Part shown: piece by piece, positions 12,038 to 24,188 of the stretch
How the letters are laid out: every line of letters starts with the position of its first letter
Numbering within the stretch: position 1 is the first letter of the stretch
Source: Babesia bigemina
Taxonomy: Eukaryota
DNA: 64,000 nucleotides
Direction: 5' to 3'
Assembly (NCBI RefSeq): GCF_000981445.1
Contig: NC_027216.1
Coordinates: 2,356,001-2,420,000 of the forward strand
Translations under genes and position numbers: made by a program
The notes under the pieces: generated by a model
What the model saw: the letters and a program-made list of their open reading frames with translations, nothing else
Told to the model about the DNA's origin: nothing
Databases searched by the model: none

Positions 12038-13543
12038 CCTGTACTGCAAGTTTGCTAAGCGCGTTCGGAAGACGCGCGGCTGTTACGCCTTATTCTGTCT
12101 ATATCCTCGGGTGCGTGCGTAGTGAGCGGTGATTCCACTGCACACACAACGTTTAAGCGATGGAATCTTGTTCGAAACTTGGTAAAACAGCACTATCACG
12201 GGTTTTGCGATAGTTAGGGTGCCCCCTAGCGGCAGCAACCCGGCGTACGCCGCGGCGTTCCACCCGAGGTGTGGAATCCTGCTTGTGGGGGTTCCAGCAA
12301 TCATTGCGGGATCCCGTAGTCCCTGTTATGATAATGTTGTGGTGGTTAAATGCAGGGAGTTGCCGACCCATTTTCCCGGGAGGCGCTTTTGGGTCGCTAC
12401 CCCGCAGTGCTCGGCAAAGCTTCTTGGACACGTGTGTCTTTCTATATTTCGCCTAATATTAGCGGTTGTGCGAAGATTTGTAGCGACGATTCACACTCAA
12501 ACGATATACGACAGTGTATCCCGACGGAAGACAGAGTAGATCGTCGCCGAATGCATACTTTGGCGGCAGCGACTTGAGCGGCACACATACGTGCAATTCA
12601 GTCGGTCGATAATTCGGAGCCTTCCACGTCTCACTGAATTTGTGAGCTAAAGCGCATATAATGTCATATTAAAGAGTACGTAAAGCGATCTGGAAACAAA
12701 GGGGCACTATGAAGGATCATAGGCACACCGTCCTACGACTTGAGGCGATAATATTGCGATGCGTTTCCAATTCTCGCCGACTTCCGGCCATATTCAAAGA
12801 CCATTTCGCACTTGGATTTCGTAAAGCATACATTTATATATCCGCACGGTATCACGACCATAAGTCCGAACGTAATTCCGGTATTGCGCCGTGTGCCGCA
12901 AACAACGTGCCTTCCACGGGTTTACGAATGGACCGAGCTTGCGAAGCTGCTGTCCACTAAGCGCCAACATCAGTCTACGGCGTATTTGGTGTGAGCAAAA
13001 CCAGCCGCGGTCAATTGGTCTGAGGGTCTCCGCAGCTGCTCTAAAGTGCTGCTGCCAGCGCTAACTATGATTTAGAGGCCTGTTCGTCACAGATTGCACA
13101 TCGTATAACGCAGCAACTAGGCTTATCACCATTCACGTTGCCTGCTATGGGCTAGAATGGCCATGCGCATTTCGTGCTGTGTGCCTGAGTCACCGTATTG
13201 TCAGAACCTTCCCTCCCGGGGGCAACCATCTTTGGGACTGGCAACTGGAAGGGGTCCCAGTGACGCACTGCGCGTGTTTCCACCTAATACAACACCAGCT
13301 AGGAAGGCTACCGATCACCGACTACATTACATTTCATTCTTTGGTGTCTGGATTCGCCACCACCCAGAAACGGCGACCAGTATCGAGGGTAGCAAGGCTC
13401 CCCAGACACACTGATAGGTACATTTTGCGTATAGTACGTTACAATTACAGGGCCAAGGAGGCAGGAGTTTGTACAGATCGCCGTCTGAGCTAGAGTGGTA
13501 CAAGCATCCAGTGATGCGGTGGGCTCTATGGGACATCGTCACA

Positions 13544-14474
13544 CTAATTCTGTATTCCACCATACAGAGCTTCCATGACAGTTCGGAAAGCTGCATTCTC
13601 GTTAGTTTGTTGAACGGTATATTTGGCGGAATCTTTCACCGCCTGTGATGCGTTGTCGACCGCGAACGAGTGGCGCACCAGCTGCATGGCCTCGATGTCG
13701 TTCGCGGCGTCGCCTATGTATCCACACTGATCTGGCGTCAGACCCAGATGTTTCAGAACGGATGCGATGCCACTTCCCTTAGTAATGCCCATGGGAGTGA
13801 GGTCGGTAAGGTCGTTGAGCGCACGCTTCGCGATGAACTCAACGTCCTCCATGTCCTGGAATTTGTGTGCCAAGTTATCGTAATACACCACAATGACCTT
13901 CATGATTTTGTCGGCCAACAGCTCATCCACAGTCCGGAGAGTGAACGGGGTTTGGAGCCCGAGGCTGGCGGTCAACTCGTCGAAGAAGGACATGTCGTCA
14001 GTCACCACGTGCCACTGGCTGCGCGTGAGGAACATTGTGTACTTCTCGTGTTTCGCCTCTACGATGCGGTCAATTATACGTTTGAGCGTGTCGGTGTTGA
14101 ACACAGCTTCCGTGAGCACCTCTCCATTCCGGCCATACACGGCTCCGCCGTTGTAGTACACCCCTGGATAACCGGTGAATCCCAGCTTTTCTACCAGATC
14201 ACGCGGCAACACACGCATGGCATCTTCATATCCGCGCCCTGAATCACCGATGAAAACGCTTTGCGGCTGTTAACGTACCAGTGCAGAAGAAGATGTCTAT
14301 GCCGTTCTCAACGGCCCAGGAGAACGCGTCGAGGTTGCGCTGAAACATGGCGGGATCTTCCGCCAGGAAGGTTCCATCTATGTCCGTTCCGAAACATTTG
14401 GGCGGGATCTCTGGTCTAATGAAATTTGTTATCGCAACCGGTGCGTTGTTGCTGGAGGTGGCGTCATCGTCCAT
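13544..14474 (-). CDS. Cof-type HAD hydrolase (HAD-1), two exons
   Basis: Motif I DIDGTFL, FFCTG|R, YPGVYYNG, motif III/IV K...IGDAANDIEAM. Confidence 0.92.
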
Positions 14475-14723
14475 CTGCACATGATGGGAGGATGAAAAAC
14501 GAGATGCCTCGCGAGCCGCGTTGGCATAGTCGACAGGAGATGGACAGAGACCCATCTCCCAAGCGCAATATTTTCGTCTCAAAAATCGCAGAAAATAGAG
14601 AATTTTTCCGCCTCTCCACCCCACACGATGACATTACACACAAACTCGCGGTGATGTGCAACCCACCAGGAAGACCGACCGGCGTCTTCTAGCGTCTTTC
14701 CACCACGTCCTGTCTTTATAATG

Positions 14724-15680
14724 TCACTCCACGTTGATTCCGTATAGGAGCTGCGCCATTTTGGCGAATGCGGCCTGATCGTTGGTCTCCTCGAGCACGT
14801 TCTTGGCGGAGGCCTTAACGCTGTCTGACGCGTTACCCACGGCGAACGACCACTGGGAGGCCTGCAGCGCTTCCACGTCGTTAGAACCGTCGCCTATGAA
14901 CGCGAAGTCGCCGCTTTCGGCATTCTCGTGACCCAGCAGCGCCCGGAGCCCCTCCAGCTTGTTCACGCGCGGCGGATTTATGCAGGTGATTTCCATCGCC
15001 CCCTCTCTGGCAACGTAATCTACCTCGGGTTTTGCGTCCATGTACAACTGGACCTTGTCGAATCGGTAGCACAGAATGTGGGTGATCTCCGCCCCGCAAA
15101 TCTCGTCCGCCGTGGATTCTATTACGGGGCTCGGGAGGTTCAGGTTCCTGGCCAGCAACTCTGTCAAGTCCTTGTCGTGCGCCAGGGCGTAGTACTCGTT
15201 CGGCGCTTGGAATAACACATGTGCTCCGAGCCTGTGTTCCTCGAGAATGTCGCAGACATCTCTGATGAAGCTTTTGCTGAAGGAAACCGTGACAATGAGT
15301 TCACCTAGTTCGTTGTAGACGGTCGCGCCATTCTGGTAGACGCCCGGGTAACCTCTGTAGACTCCGTCGGTGTACAGGTCGTCTAGGACGCCTAGGGAGG
15401 CTTTGAGCATGCGGCCTACGTGATATTGGGCGACTTTGCATTAGCCAGTACCTGTGACGAGGACAGGCCTGTACCCAGACTCCACAAGCTTTCGGAACGC
15501 CCGCCTATTTTTGGCCATGGCCGCGGCGTCGTAGGTGTGGAACGTGTTGTCCACATCGATGCCGATGTATTTCGGAGGTTTGCCTGCGAGGCGCAGCGTC
15601 CGGCAACCGTCGGATGTCGGCGCGTTAGGCGAGCACGTTGCCGTTGCTGCGCAGCCCGGCGCGAGTGGTGGCTGCGTCAT
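14724..15680 (-). CDS. Cof-type HAD hydrolase (HAD-2), two exons
   Basis: DVDNTFH, LVTG, YPGVYQNG, NK...FIGDGSNDVEAL. Confidence 0.92.
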
Positions 15681-16106
15681 CTTCACCTGTCTTCCGTTTT
15701 GAGACACGTACGACTAGTTGCAAAGCACGCTCGCTTCGCTGCCGTATGATAATGGCCACCAGTCACGTACACCGGCCGCTACACGTTGCGTCTCCGGCGA
15801 GCCATACACACAGCGGCATGGCCCCGCATCAGCTGTCTACTGCGGGAATACAACGGAACACATTGATGCCTGCAGTTTTGCAGCGGATGCAGTTTCGGCA
15901 AGTTTCAGGAAGCTGCCGTCGCACCGTCCGCAACGCCAGCCGTACCGCGGCTGCGGGTGTGCGAGATGCGGCATACGTACCTCTTCGCGATGCAAGTGCG
16001 CATCATCGCAACTGTATAGCCAGTGGATGCCGCATCGCCGCCGATGTGTCGCTGGAAACGCCGGCCTCCGGACGCGACGCTGCGCCGGCGGTGTCTGGAA
16101 GGCGCT

Positions 16107-17263
16107 TCACTTCGGCGCCAGCGAGAGGTCGGGTTCAACGTACACGAACTCCTCCTGGTACTGGCCGAGTAGGTTGCAGGACGCGGCGCACGTGTATACC
16201 GCCACGCTGGCGAAGTCCAGGCGCACCGGGCCCAGGTGCACCAGCATCTGCGGCAGCACCTGGAACTCGAACGACCGCTGCCCCCCGCAGTTGCTGCACA
16301 CGGGCACCACCTCCTTGTCTTCGGGCGCGTCCTTGGTCGTGGCGCACGTCAGTTTGGGAGCGCGGTCGCTGGTCCACATCGGCTTCCCGTCGCGGCAGTA
16401 GTACACCACGTCGTTGGGCGTGGTTCGCTTGCAGAAGCGCTCGAAGTTGCGGTCCACAACGAGCCGCTCCTCCTGAATGGCCTCGATGGCCTTCTCCTCG
16501 GACTCGTCGAGCTCCTCCTCATCACCAGCTGAACGACATCAGCCTACTTTAAGGCCGTAACCCACCTCCACGCTGAGCCTTCATTTCCTGGTACTTGCGA
16601 TACAGCTCCTTCTCGTGCGCGAGGTAGTTCTCCGGCTCCAGTATTTCACCCTCGCAGATGCGCAGCAGCGCCTCCGGCAGGGTGGCCTCCAGCGTCTGCT
16701 GTGTGGTCGCGATCTTGCACCTCGGGTGCAAAGCTCGCCAGCCTGCGGATACATGGCTCGGCTCGCGCTGTCCACTTACCGGCGTACGAAGTGAAGTCGT
16801 GCACCACGCTTGCAAACGTCAACTGCTCGCCGGGTTTAGGCTCGCCGTCGCTGGGCAGTCCGCACGCCGGGCAGCACCGCTGGGCGATGATCGTGTCTGG
16901 CTGCGGGAACAGCATGCCGTACGGCTGCGGGTGGGACGCGTAGTGCGCGTTTGTCCGCGGCAGCTGCGAGCGCAAAGCGCGCCAGTGCGTGCCGCACGGC
17001 TGGCACGCGAACAGGTAGATGGTCCGGTGGAAAGCGTCTCCGGATGGTTCTTCGTCGTCCGGTGCGTACAGCTGCAAAACGAACGTCATGACGCCGGCGC
17101 ATTTCGGGCACACGAAGGCCTCCTCTTGGGGGAGATTCTCGGGCTCCAGCCATGCGGGCCGCCCGCCGATCTTGCTGGGAAAGAACTGGCGCTGGTACTC
17201 CCACGGCTTTCCGCTCTCGACCTTCGCGAAGAGCTCCGTGCTCTCGTACTCACTATCGCCCAT
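16107..17263 (-). CDS. PDCD2: PDCD2/TSR4-like protein, multi-exon
   Basis: SKIGGRPAWL, CPKC...FVLQLYAP, FHRTIYLFAC, C-terminal CSNCGGQRSFEFQVLPQ...LDFASVAVYTC...EEFVYV. Confidence 0.9.
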
Positions 17264-17492
17264 TGGGACCGATAGACACGCGTGAAACAACTGCCTGGTA
17301 ATATAAATGAATGCAATGTGAGATTTCCTGCCGGAGAAGGCGACTCCCGTGGCGCGGTGATGCCGGTCGGCGCGCGCCGCGGTGTGCGGGTACGGCGATC
17401 GGCTCCGTGGCACCAGATATCATGACGTCCGGAACCGCCGGGGGCACTACTCGCAGCTAAAAGGCACGGATCTCACACATATCGCAGGCAAG

Positions 17493-18272
17493 ATGTGGAT
17501 GGGCAAGATCGGAAACAAGTCCGCCTCCTTCATCAACCACAAGCACTTCCACCCGGGCAACAGGAGCAACCTGGAGAAGGTATGGCTGGCGGAGGAGAAG
17601 CACAAGGCGGAGCTGAAGCGCCAGAAGGAGATGCGGGAGAAGCTGGCGGAGGAGATACGCATGACGCAGTTGAAGCGCCAGCTAAGGGAGCAGGAGGACC
17701 AGCGCTACAAGGAGTACCTGCTCGAGCAGCGGCCGCCCAGCAAGTACCAGGTGCCCGCGGCAGGGTCGAAGCTGGACGGCAGCGAGGCCGGACTGATCAT
17801 CACCAAGCCCGCCACGGAGGCCCAGCCCAGGAGCCGCGATGCGGCCAGCCACAAGCTGGTGATCAGGTCGAGCTACCGTGAGGACGTCCACGAGTGCGGC
17901 CACTCGAGCGTCTACGGCAGCTTCTACGACCGCGCTACGGGGCAGTGGGGGTACCGCTGCTGCGGGTCGCTCAAGCGCGGGGCGGCGTGCCCCCTGAAGC
18001 GCCGAGCCGGCTCGCGCAAAGGTGCCGCGAGCGACCCGAAGGACGCCCAACAGGGACACACGCCCGCTACGGACGACGGCAACGATAACAGCGGCCACGA
18101 AGCCGCCGCCGAGGACGATCGCAAATCGCATTCAGGGAAGCGCGAGCTGGAGGACGACACCGGCTCCCCAGCTGAGCGCTGCCCAGCCAAAGCCGCCAAG
18201 CACAAGCGCCGAGGCGACCTGAGCCTCGCGGAGGCCTTGGACAAGCTAAAAAAGATGGAGGCACTGGACTGA
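17493..18272 (+). CDS. Cir_N/CWC25-type N-terminal domain protein with Slu7-like motif (putative splicing factor)
   Basis: FINHKHFHPGNRSNLEKVWLAEEK (Cir_N) plus SSYREDVHECGHSSVYGSFYD...WGYRCC; intronless. Confidence 0.8.
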   Translation: MWMGKIGNKSASFINHKHFHPGNRSNLEKVWLAEEKHKAELKRQKEMREKLAEEIRMTQLKRQLREQEDQRYKEYLLEQRPPSKYQVPAAGSKLDGSEAGLIITKPATEAQPRSRDAASHKLVIRSSYREDVHECGHSSVYGSFYDRATGQWGYRCCGSLKRGAACPLKRRAGSRKGAASDPKDAQQGHTPATDDGNDNSGHEAAAEDDRKSHSGKRELEDDTGSPAERCPAKAAKHKRRGDLSLAEALDKLKKMEALD

Positions 18273-18303
18273 CTGCAATTTTACAAGTCACAGTCCACAA
18301 CGC

Positions 18304-21300
18304 TCATTTCTTAGTGGATAGCGTGCGCTGCTTCTCCGCAGACGCCACCACCTTCTCCTCGGTGATGAGCCCCTGCGTGTATTTTATAGCTGGGTTGCGT
18401 CACTGCGACCAACCTTCATCTTCCTAATGTAGTTGATGATCTTGCGCGGCACGTTGGACTGCAGCATGCGGGCCATGTTGAACCCTGCGTCCTCGAATTC
18501 CTGAGCGCGCTTGGCGGCAGATAGACTCACACCCACCTCGTCGGTCATCGACACCTCGGGGAACGGGTCGTCGGGGTTCATCTCCCAGTGGCTGAACTGC
18601 AGGTGGAACACCACGCCGCCAGAGGCCTTCGACCTCAGGTCCTGGGCGAGCCCAAACGACTCCGACGCCGGAATGAGCCCCTCGATCACGAACGTGTTGG
18701 TGCAGTTCCGCACGTTCTCTGCGACGATCTGCGTCCGCCGCTTCTGCAGCACGCTGTACATCTTGCCCAGCACACCCTGGTCGCACTGCAGCTCCAGACG
18801 CAGCATGACCTCGTATATCCTCGGCCTCCCGCGCTGCATGATGGCCTTGCGGCATATGTTGCGCATCGTGGATATGATCTGCGCGCGTTGAGTCGGACGA
18901 GTGTGGTCGCTTACGTTGCCAGCAGTGGACACCCCGGAACCGGATCTGCGCGACGACTGGAAGGTGAGTACGTCGCTGAATTGCGATAATGTGTCCTGGA
19001 TGTCATCGGCGCCGGATTCGAAGGTTGTGTGCTCGTTGGTCACTAGCTTCACGTGGCTGCCGATGCGCATGTAGCCCTCCCCCTCGTCTTCCTCGGCGTC
19101 GGATGCTGGCTCCGACTGCGTGTCTTTGGCGTCGCCTTGGAATTCCCTCTTGTGCAGCAGCTTGGACAGCACGTCGTTTCGCGTAGTTTCCTCTGACGCG
19201 TCCTCGCGTTGCGCCGGGCTTGTCGGCTTCCGCGCCTTGTACAAGCTGCGTTCCGGACTGGCGTCTGGGCACGGGGTGCTGATGGTGTACATCCCCTCAA
19301 TCACGAACGCGACGCCGCGCAACGGCTCCTCCGTACAGGGGCCGAACTGCGACGCCACTTCGAACCCCGACATCACTGCTGAAATGGCCTTTGACCATTC
19401 GATGGTGCTGATCTTCTCGGGCTGGTAGGTGTCCCTGAATCGCCACTCCATCGGAGGTGGACGCACGAGCTTTTGACGGTCGGTGGAACTTGGTGCCGCG
19501 GCCTCATCGCCAGCGGTTGCAGGCGCTGCCAGCACCTTCAGCCCGTTATTGTCGTTGTAGAAGAGCATGGTGCGGCTGCCGCGATTGGTGCTGATTGCCC
19601 AGAGGTGGCCGACATCCAGCGTTGCTCCACGCTGTACGGTGCTCGACCTCCACGTGGCCACAATGTCATTTTCCAGCTTCTCCAGGTAACAGCTCATGCG
19701 TTGCTCCAGCGCGCCCGTTGCGAACTGCGGCGGCGGCTCGCCTCCGTAGATCGCGCGTTTTATGTCGTTGTTGTTGTTCTCCACGTAGTCCAACACCTGC
19801 TGCGGCATCTGCACGGTGCGCACGAGCAGCACGGTGTCGCCCGAAGGCGTCACCGCGTACTCGGTGCCGAGTTTTAGCGCAGCCGCGGTGATGTAGGTCC
19901 CGGGCAACCCCTTAATCGGCGTCACCAACTTGTGATCCACCGTGGGGTCCGGCTCGGCAGGCTGCTCTTCGGCGGCATTCGAGTTGTTCTGCCACGGGGG
20001 GAAGTTGACCATTTTGCTCAGCGCCTTCGAGTACGCCACTGCGCTGGTGTCCGTTGGCGGCAGGTTGACGACGCCCTCCCTGACCGACACACGCGGCTTC
20101 GACACCGTGATCGGCACTTTGGCGTACAGATTGGCCAGGTCGTTGACGCACCGCTCAAGGTGAATTTCACCGCAGCACGCCAGCACGTATTCGCCGGTCT
20201 TCAGCACATCCAGCTCGATTGCCGGGTCCGAAATGTACAAATACGCCAGACCCATGAGGAACTCTTGAGTGTGCTTGACATTTTGCGGTTCTACCGAGAC
20301 GCGAATGATGGGGTTGTTGAACTGCGTGGGATGTAATAAAGGGGTATGCGTGACATACCTCCAAATTCAGCGGTGGGAACCCGGGGAAGGACGGGTCACT
20401 GCTCAAAGTGAGGTGCCTATCAACGCTGCAGAGGTTGCCCTGACGCGTGAATCGGCTGCGATTGTCGAATTCGTCACCCAGGTTCTTCACCTTCTGGCGG
20501 TGAGGGTCCCCCAGAGACAGGATCCACGCCATAACCTCCTTGACCTGCACCTACGTTACGCACACCGGGGCACAGCGCTTACGTGATCCATGTTGTCCCT
20601 GCGCCCTGCGTCCGACGCGTGGGGTGACGCAGCATCTCCCGGCGAGGAGCCCGGCTGCGACAGGTGCAGCGCGACGATGTTTCCCGGCCACCCAGTATCC
20701 ACGTCGAGGAGATCGGCTCCCATGCATATCATGATCCTTTTCACACAGACCGTTCTCTGCCGTACGTCGCTGTGGATGTCGTCTGCGAAGCCGCAACCCG
20801 CGGCGGGCCTCCGGGCAGCGCAGATGTAGAGTTCGCTGCCGACCTTGAGGCAGCCGCTGAAGATGCGCGCAAACGCCACAAATTCCTCCGCAAGCTCGTC
20901 GCCATGCAGCACATCGCCAGTGAGTCTCATGATGTTCAGGTCGCAGCCCAGGAATTTCGCAACGTGCACCACTGTCGGTGCCGTGGGCTTGCACGATATG
21001 ACCTCCTCGTAAGCTGGGTAGTCCAGCACGGCAGGGCAGATGCGTTTCAGCCGCTTTTTCGCGGCCTGAACTGGGTTATGCAGACAGTCCACAATCATCC
21101 GCACAATGCCGCTTGGAATGGAAATCCACGAACCCATCACGGTGGTCAGCAGCTCCTCGCGCTCCTCCGCGGCAGGAGTGGCCGAGCTCTCGAGCAGCCG
21201 CGACTGGCGGGCACTTAGCGTGGCTCCTGAGTACCTGACGCACTTTTCGATGTCAGCAGGAGACCAATTTGTCATGATGGCATCGTACACCTTCCACACC

Positions 21301-22166
21301 TGCTCCAGCACAAACTGCACGAAAAAGGGCTTCTCACGGCCGTGGCATGGTTTCAGCGTTTTGCTGCGCGGGCAGTAGTAGAGATCGCTCCAGAGCGCCT
21401 TCAGGATCCCGCCGCTTTTCGCGGGAGGCACATTGAGCTTATGTACGATGTGCTCCGCGAACTCCGGCAGGTTTATGCACCACCGGTGTAACGCGCTGCA
21501 GAACACCACGTTGCCCTCAGAAGGACAGAAGAACCACTTCTTAGCACTCACGTCCACCTTAATGCCCTCCTCGTCCGCGTCGACGTTGAGGTACTCGTTG
21601 TACATTTGGAACATCAGCGCATTTACCTGGTCGACCAAATCGCGCAACCGTTGGTACGCCTCCACCGGCGTCATGTTCAGGTCCAGTATCAGCTTGTCGA
21701 TCTTGTTAAGCACCAGCGCCGTGCGGACGCTCTCTCTCCACGCCTGCCGTAGAACGGCTTTCGTCTGCGGGCATATGCCCTCGACGGCGTCGACGATGAG
21801 CAGCGCTCCATCGCACAGCCGCGCGGCGGTAGACACTTCAACGGAGAAGTCCACGTGACCCGGACAGTCCACGAGGTTTATGATGCACGGCGAGTCGTTT
21901 AGCGCCTTGGCGCTGCCTGTCCGCACGGTCGGATTGTTCGGGGAGTATATGAGCGAGATGCTGGACGACTTGATCGTTATCATGCGTCTCTGCTCGTCGT
22001 CGCGGTTGTCTAGATAGCGCAGCTTCCCGGAGAGCCTCTCGCTGATTATACCGACGCTCGAGATGAGGCTGTCGGACAGCGTGGTCTTGCCATGATCAAC
22101 GTGAGCGAGAAAACACACATTTCTGATGTGCTCGGTGAAACTGAGCATATCAGCACGTTCTGACAT
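18304..22166 (-). CDS. EFL1: Elongation factor-like GTPase 1 (EFL1/Ria1, 60S maturation), multi-exon
   Basis: IRNVCFLAHVDHGKTTLSDSL, RYLDNRDDEQRRMITIKSSSISL, DCPGHVDF, NKID, GEIHLERC, C-terminal EEKVVASAEKQRTLSTKK typical of EFL1 rather than eEF2. Confidence 0.93.
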
Positions 22167-22370
22167 TTTTCTTAGGTGACCTCATCGATGTGCATCGTTT
22201 AAGTGAATTAATGTACGAGTTGAAATCGACCGCGCAGTGCGAGCGTTGGCCGGCTGCTGGAGCGCTACAAAGACAAAGCGCACTACCAATAGCTAGCCTA
22301 ATGACGCACCTATTCAAATCTAATTGCGCCGCCTAGGGTTCTGGACTAATCAGCCGTAGAAGTCCTTAGT

Positions 22371-23097
22371 TTACGGGAGTACCTTCACGATCACTTCCTT
22401 GAAGCAAACCATCTTGGGGCCCTCGTATGGATTACCGTATGCGAAATCCACGTAGTATTTGCCTTCCATGGCGCCTGGGTAGATAATGATGGCCCCTTTT
22501 GCGTATTCGGGCCCTTCTGGAGGTGGAAACGTGTACTCGGCATCGTTGTTATCTTGATTACCGCCGCGGCAATTAACGTCCTGCGGCTTCCTGACATTGC
22601 GCGATATAAATGGTTGTGCATTGATCCCGTGCGCTCGCCGACCTGTCATCGTTATGACCCTCATGAACTTCTTAGTCAAAATCTTTTGGTAGTACTTTTG
22701 ATGATGTCCTTTAACTTCCTTGTGTTCTTCCTCGTTCAAAACGCCAATGCTCATCCAATCGTTGCCAGTAGCTCTCTCGCAATCTGCGGTAACGGCGTAA
22801 TACATAGGTTCCTTGAGGTCGCTCTTGCGTACTGTGATCACCAGGGGCTTACGATCCAGACCGTCGTATGTTCCGAGATGAATATGGCGCTTGTCATATT
22901 TGCTGCACAGCTATACACATATTAGTGCGGCTGACTGACTTGATAAGGTCACATTTTGAACCATCAGGGCAACGTGTCGCTACCTTTATGCCCCGGTGCG
23001 AATTCGTCGATGCGTGGTCATCTCCGAAAACCGAAATCGAACCAATGGAAAATACCAAATAAAATATTACATACAACTTGGCTACAAAGGACGACAT
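22371..23097 (-). CDS. Secreted tandem-family protein, copy 1 (2 exons)
   Basis: Signal peptide MSSFVAKLYVIFYLVFSIG; intron GTCAGT...GTGCAG splices in frame; C-terminal YGNP.GPKMVCFKEVIVKVLP. Confidence 0.85.
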
Positions 23098-24188
23098 TTT
23101 CTCAACTCGCAAATTTTACTCCTACAAGCCGCGCGGCGCGTGTCGGCTATTGCCCTATGGATAAACCCGATGCGGCAACATCTGCGTTTGCAGTGTTGCA
23201 TGAATTGTTCGCAACAATACTCTGATGCAGGCGATGCATCCAGTTTGCCGAGAACCTGTCTTTGCGTGCTTGATTCAGGGTCGATGTTGTAGCGGGCTCA
23301 CGGCAGACACGGCATCGGTCGGCGGAATGCGCATATTCCACACAAACGCACACGTGTGGAACATTTCCGATATTTGTCGCGCATCATGATCAAGTGGCTT
23401 CGTCAAGGCTAAGCCACGGCTTTGGGCTGAGCGTGGCAACAGCACCTGGCCACGTTATCACCGTCGGAACGTATTGCGCACCTGTAGGCAACCACCGCCG
23501 AAATTTCTCGTAGCATGTGCGTATCTGCTTAATCAACGGCGCATGTCTGTGCGGGATTCTCGCAGCCAATGTGACGGATTTCACGCGGAAGCCAGTGTTA
23601 TCACCATCCACCGCCTTTTCACCGACTAGTACATAAGACATAATCGCACGACGCTGTGCTCTGTAGTCGCCTCGCACTCGTCGCCCCTCGACTCTGCCGT
23701 GATAGACAACGCAACATCGTCGACTCCCTCCCTGATGACGAATGAGACACAACCGGGCACAGGGATATGACGCACTCCTTCATTAACATGCTCCCTAACC
23801 AACTCGCATGGGTTGTTGGAGGGGTTATTCACCCTGATATCGTCATAGACATGGGGCGTGCAGTAAAAGGGCTTTACGATGCATGGGAGGTATCAAACAC
23901 AAATGCCGAGCATCCGGGCGTATTAAGAACCTGAAGGCAGACACCACTCAGAGCACATCTAAACCGGGAAATATTAAATCGACGTGACATTGTTGCCAAT
24001 CGACCTCATCGATATGGGTCGTTTACGTAAATTAATGTACGTGTTGAAATCGACAGCGCGGAGTGAACGATAGCCGGCTGCTCGAGCGTGCAATGTCAAA
24101 GCACACTGCTCACAACTAGCCATACGACACACCTATTCAAATTGAATTGCGCTGCCGAAGTGTGTGAACTCATCATCCTGGAATTTCC

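Noticed and set aside
12213..12220. ACCCTAAC (minus strand) as a telomerase RNA template
   Set aside because: Only 8 nt, sits near the 3' end of the putative element, and the species' telomere repeat cannot be seen here; insufficient support.
15638..16552. 304-aa plus-strand ORF
   Set aside because: Arg/Ala/Pro-rich, overlaps PDCD2 and HAD-2 antisense, no motif; GC-rich artefact.
18304..22166. eEF2 or EF-G assignment
   Set aside because: C-terminal AEKQRTL motif, long insertions and divergent domain IV indicate EFL1/Ria1.
23350..23359. Palindrome CACACGTGTG upstream of each array gene as an ApiAP2/G-box site
   Set aside because: The whole spacer is near-identical, so recurrence carries no independent evidence.
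23390..23752. Repeated 120-aa/119-aa and 68-aa ORFs in every array spacer
   Set aside because: Chimeric across the deletion junction, begin out of frame in the 984-aa gene relic or at non-ATG codons; identity simply reflects recent DNA duplication.
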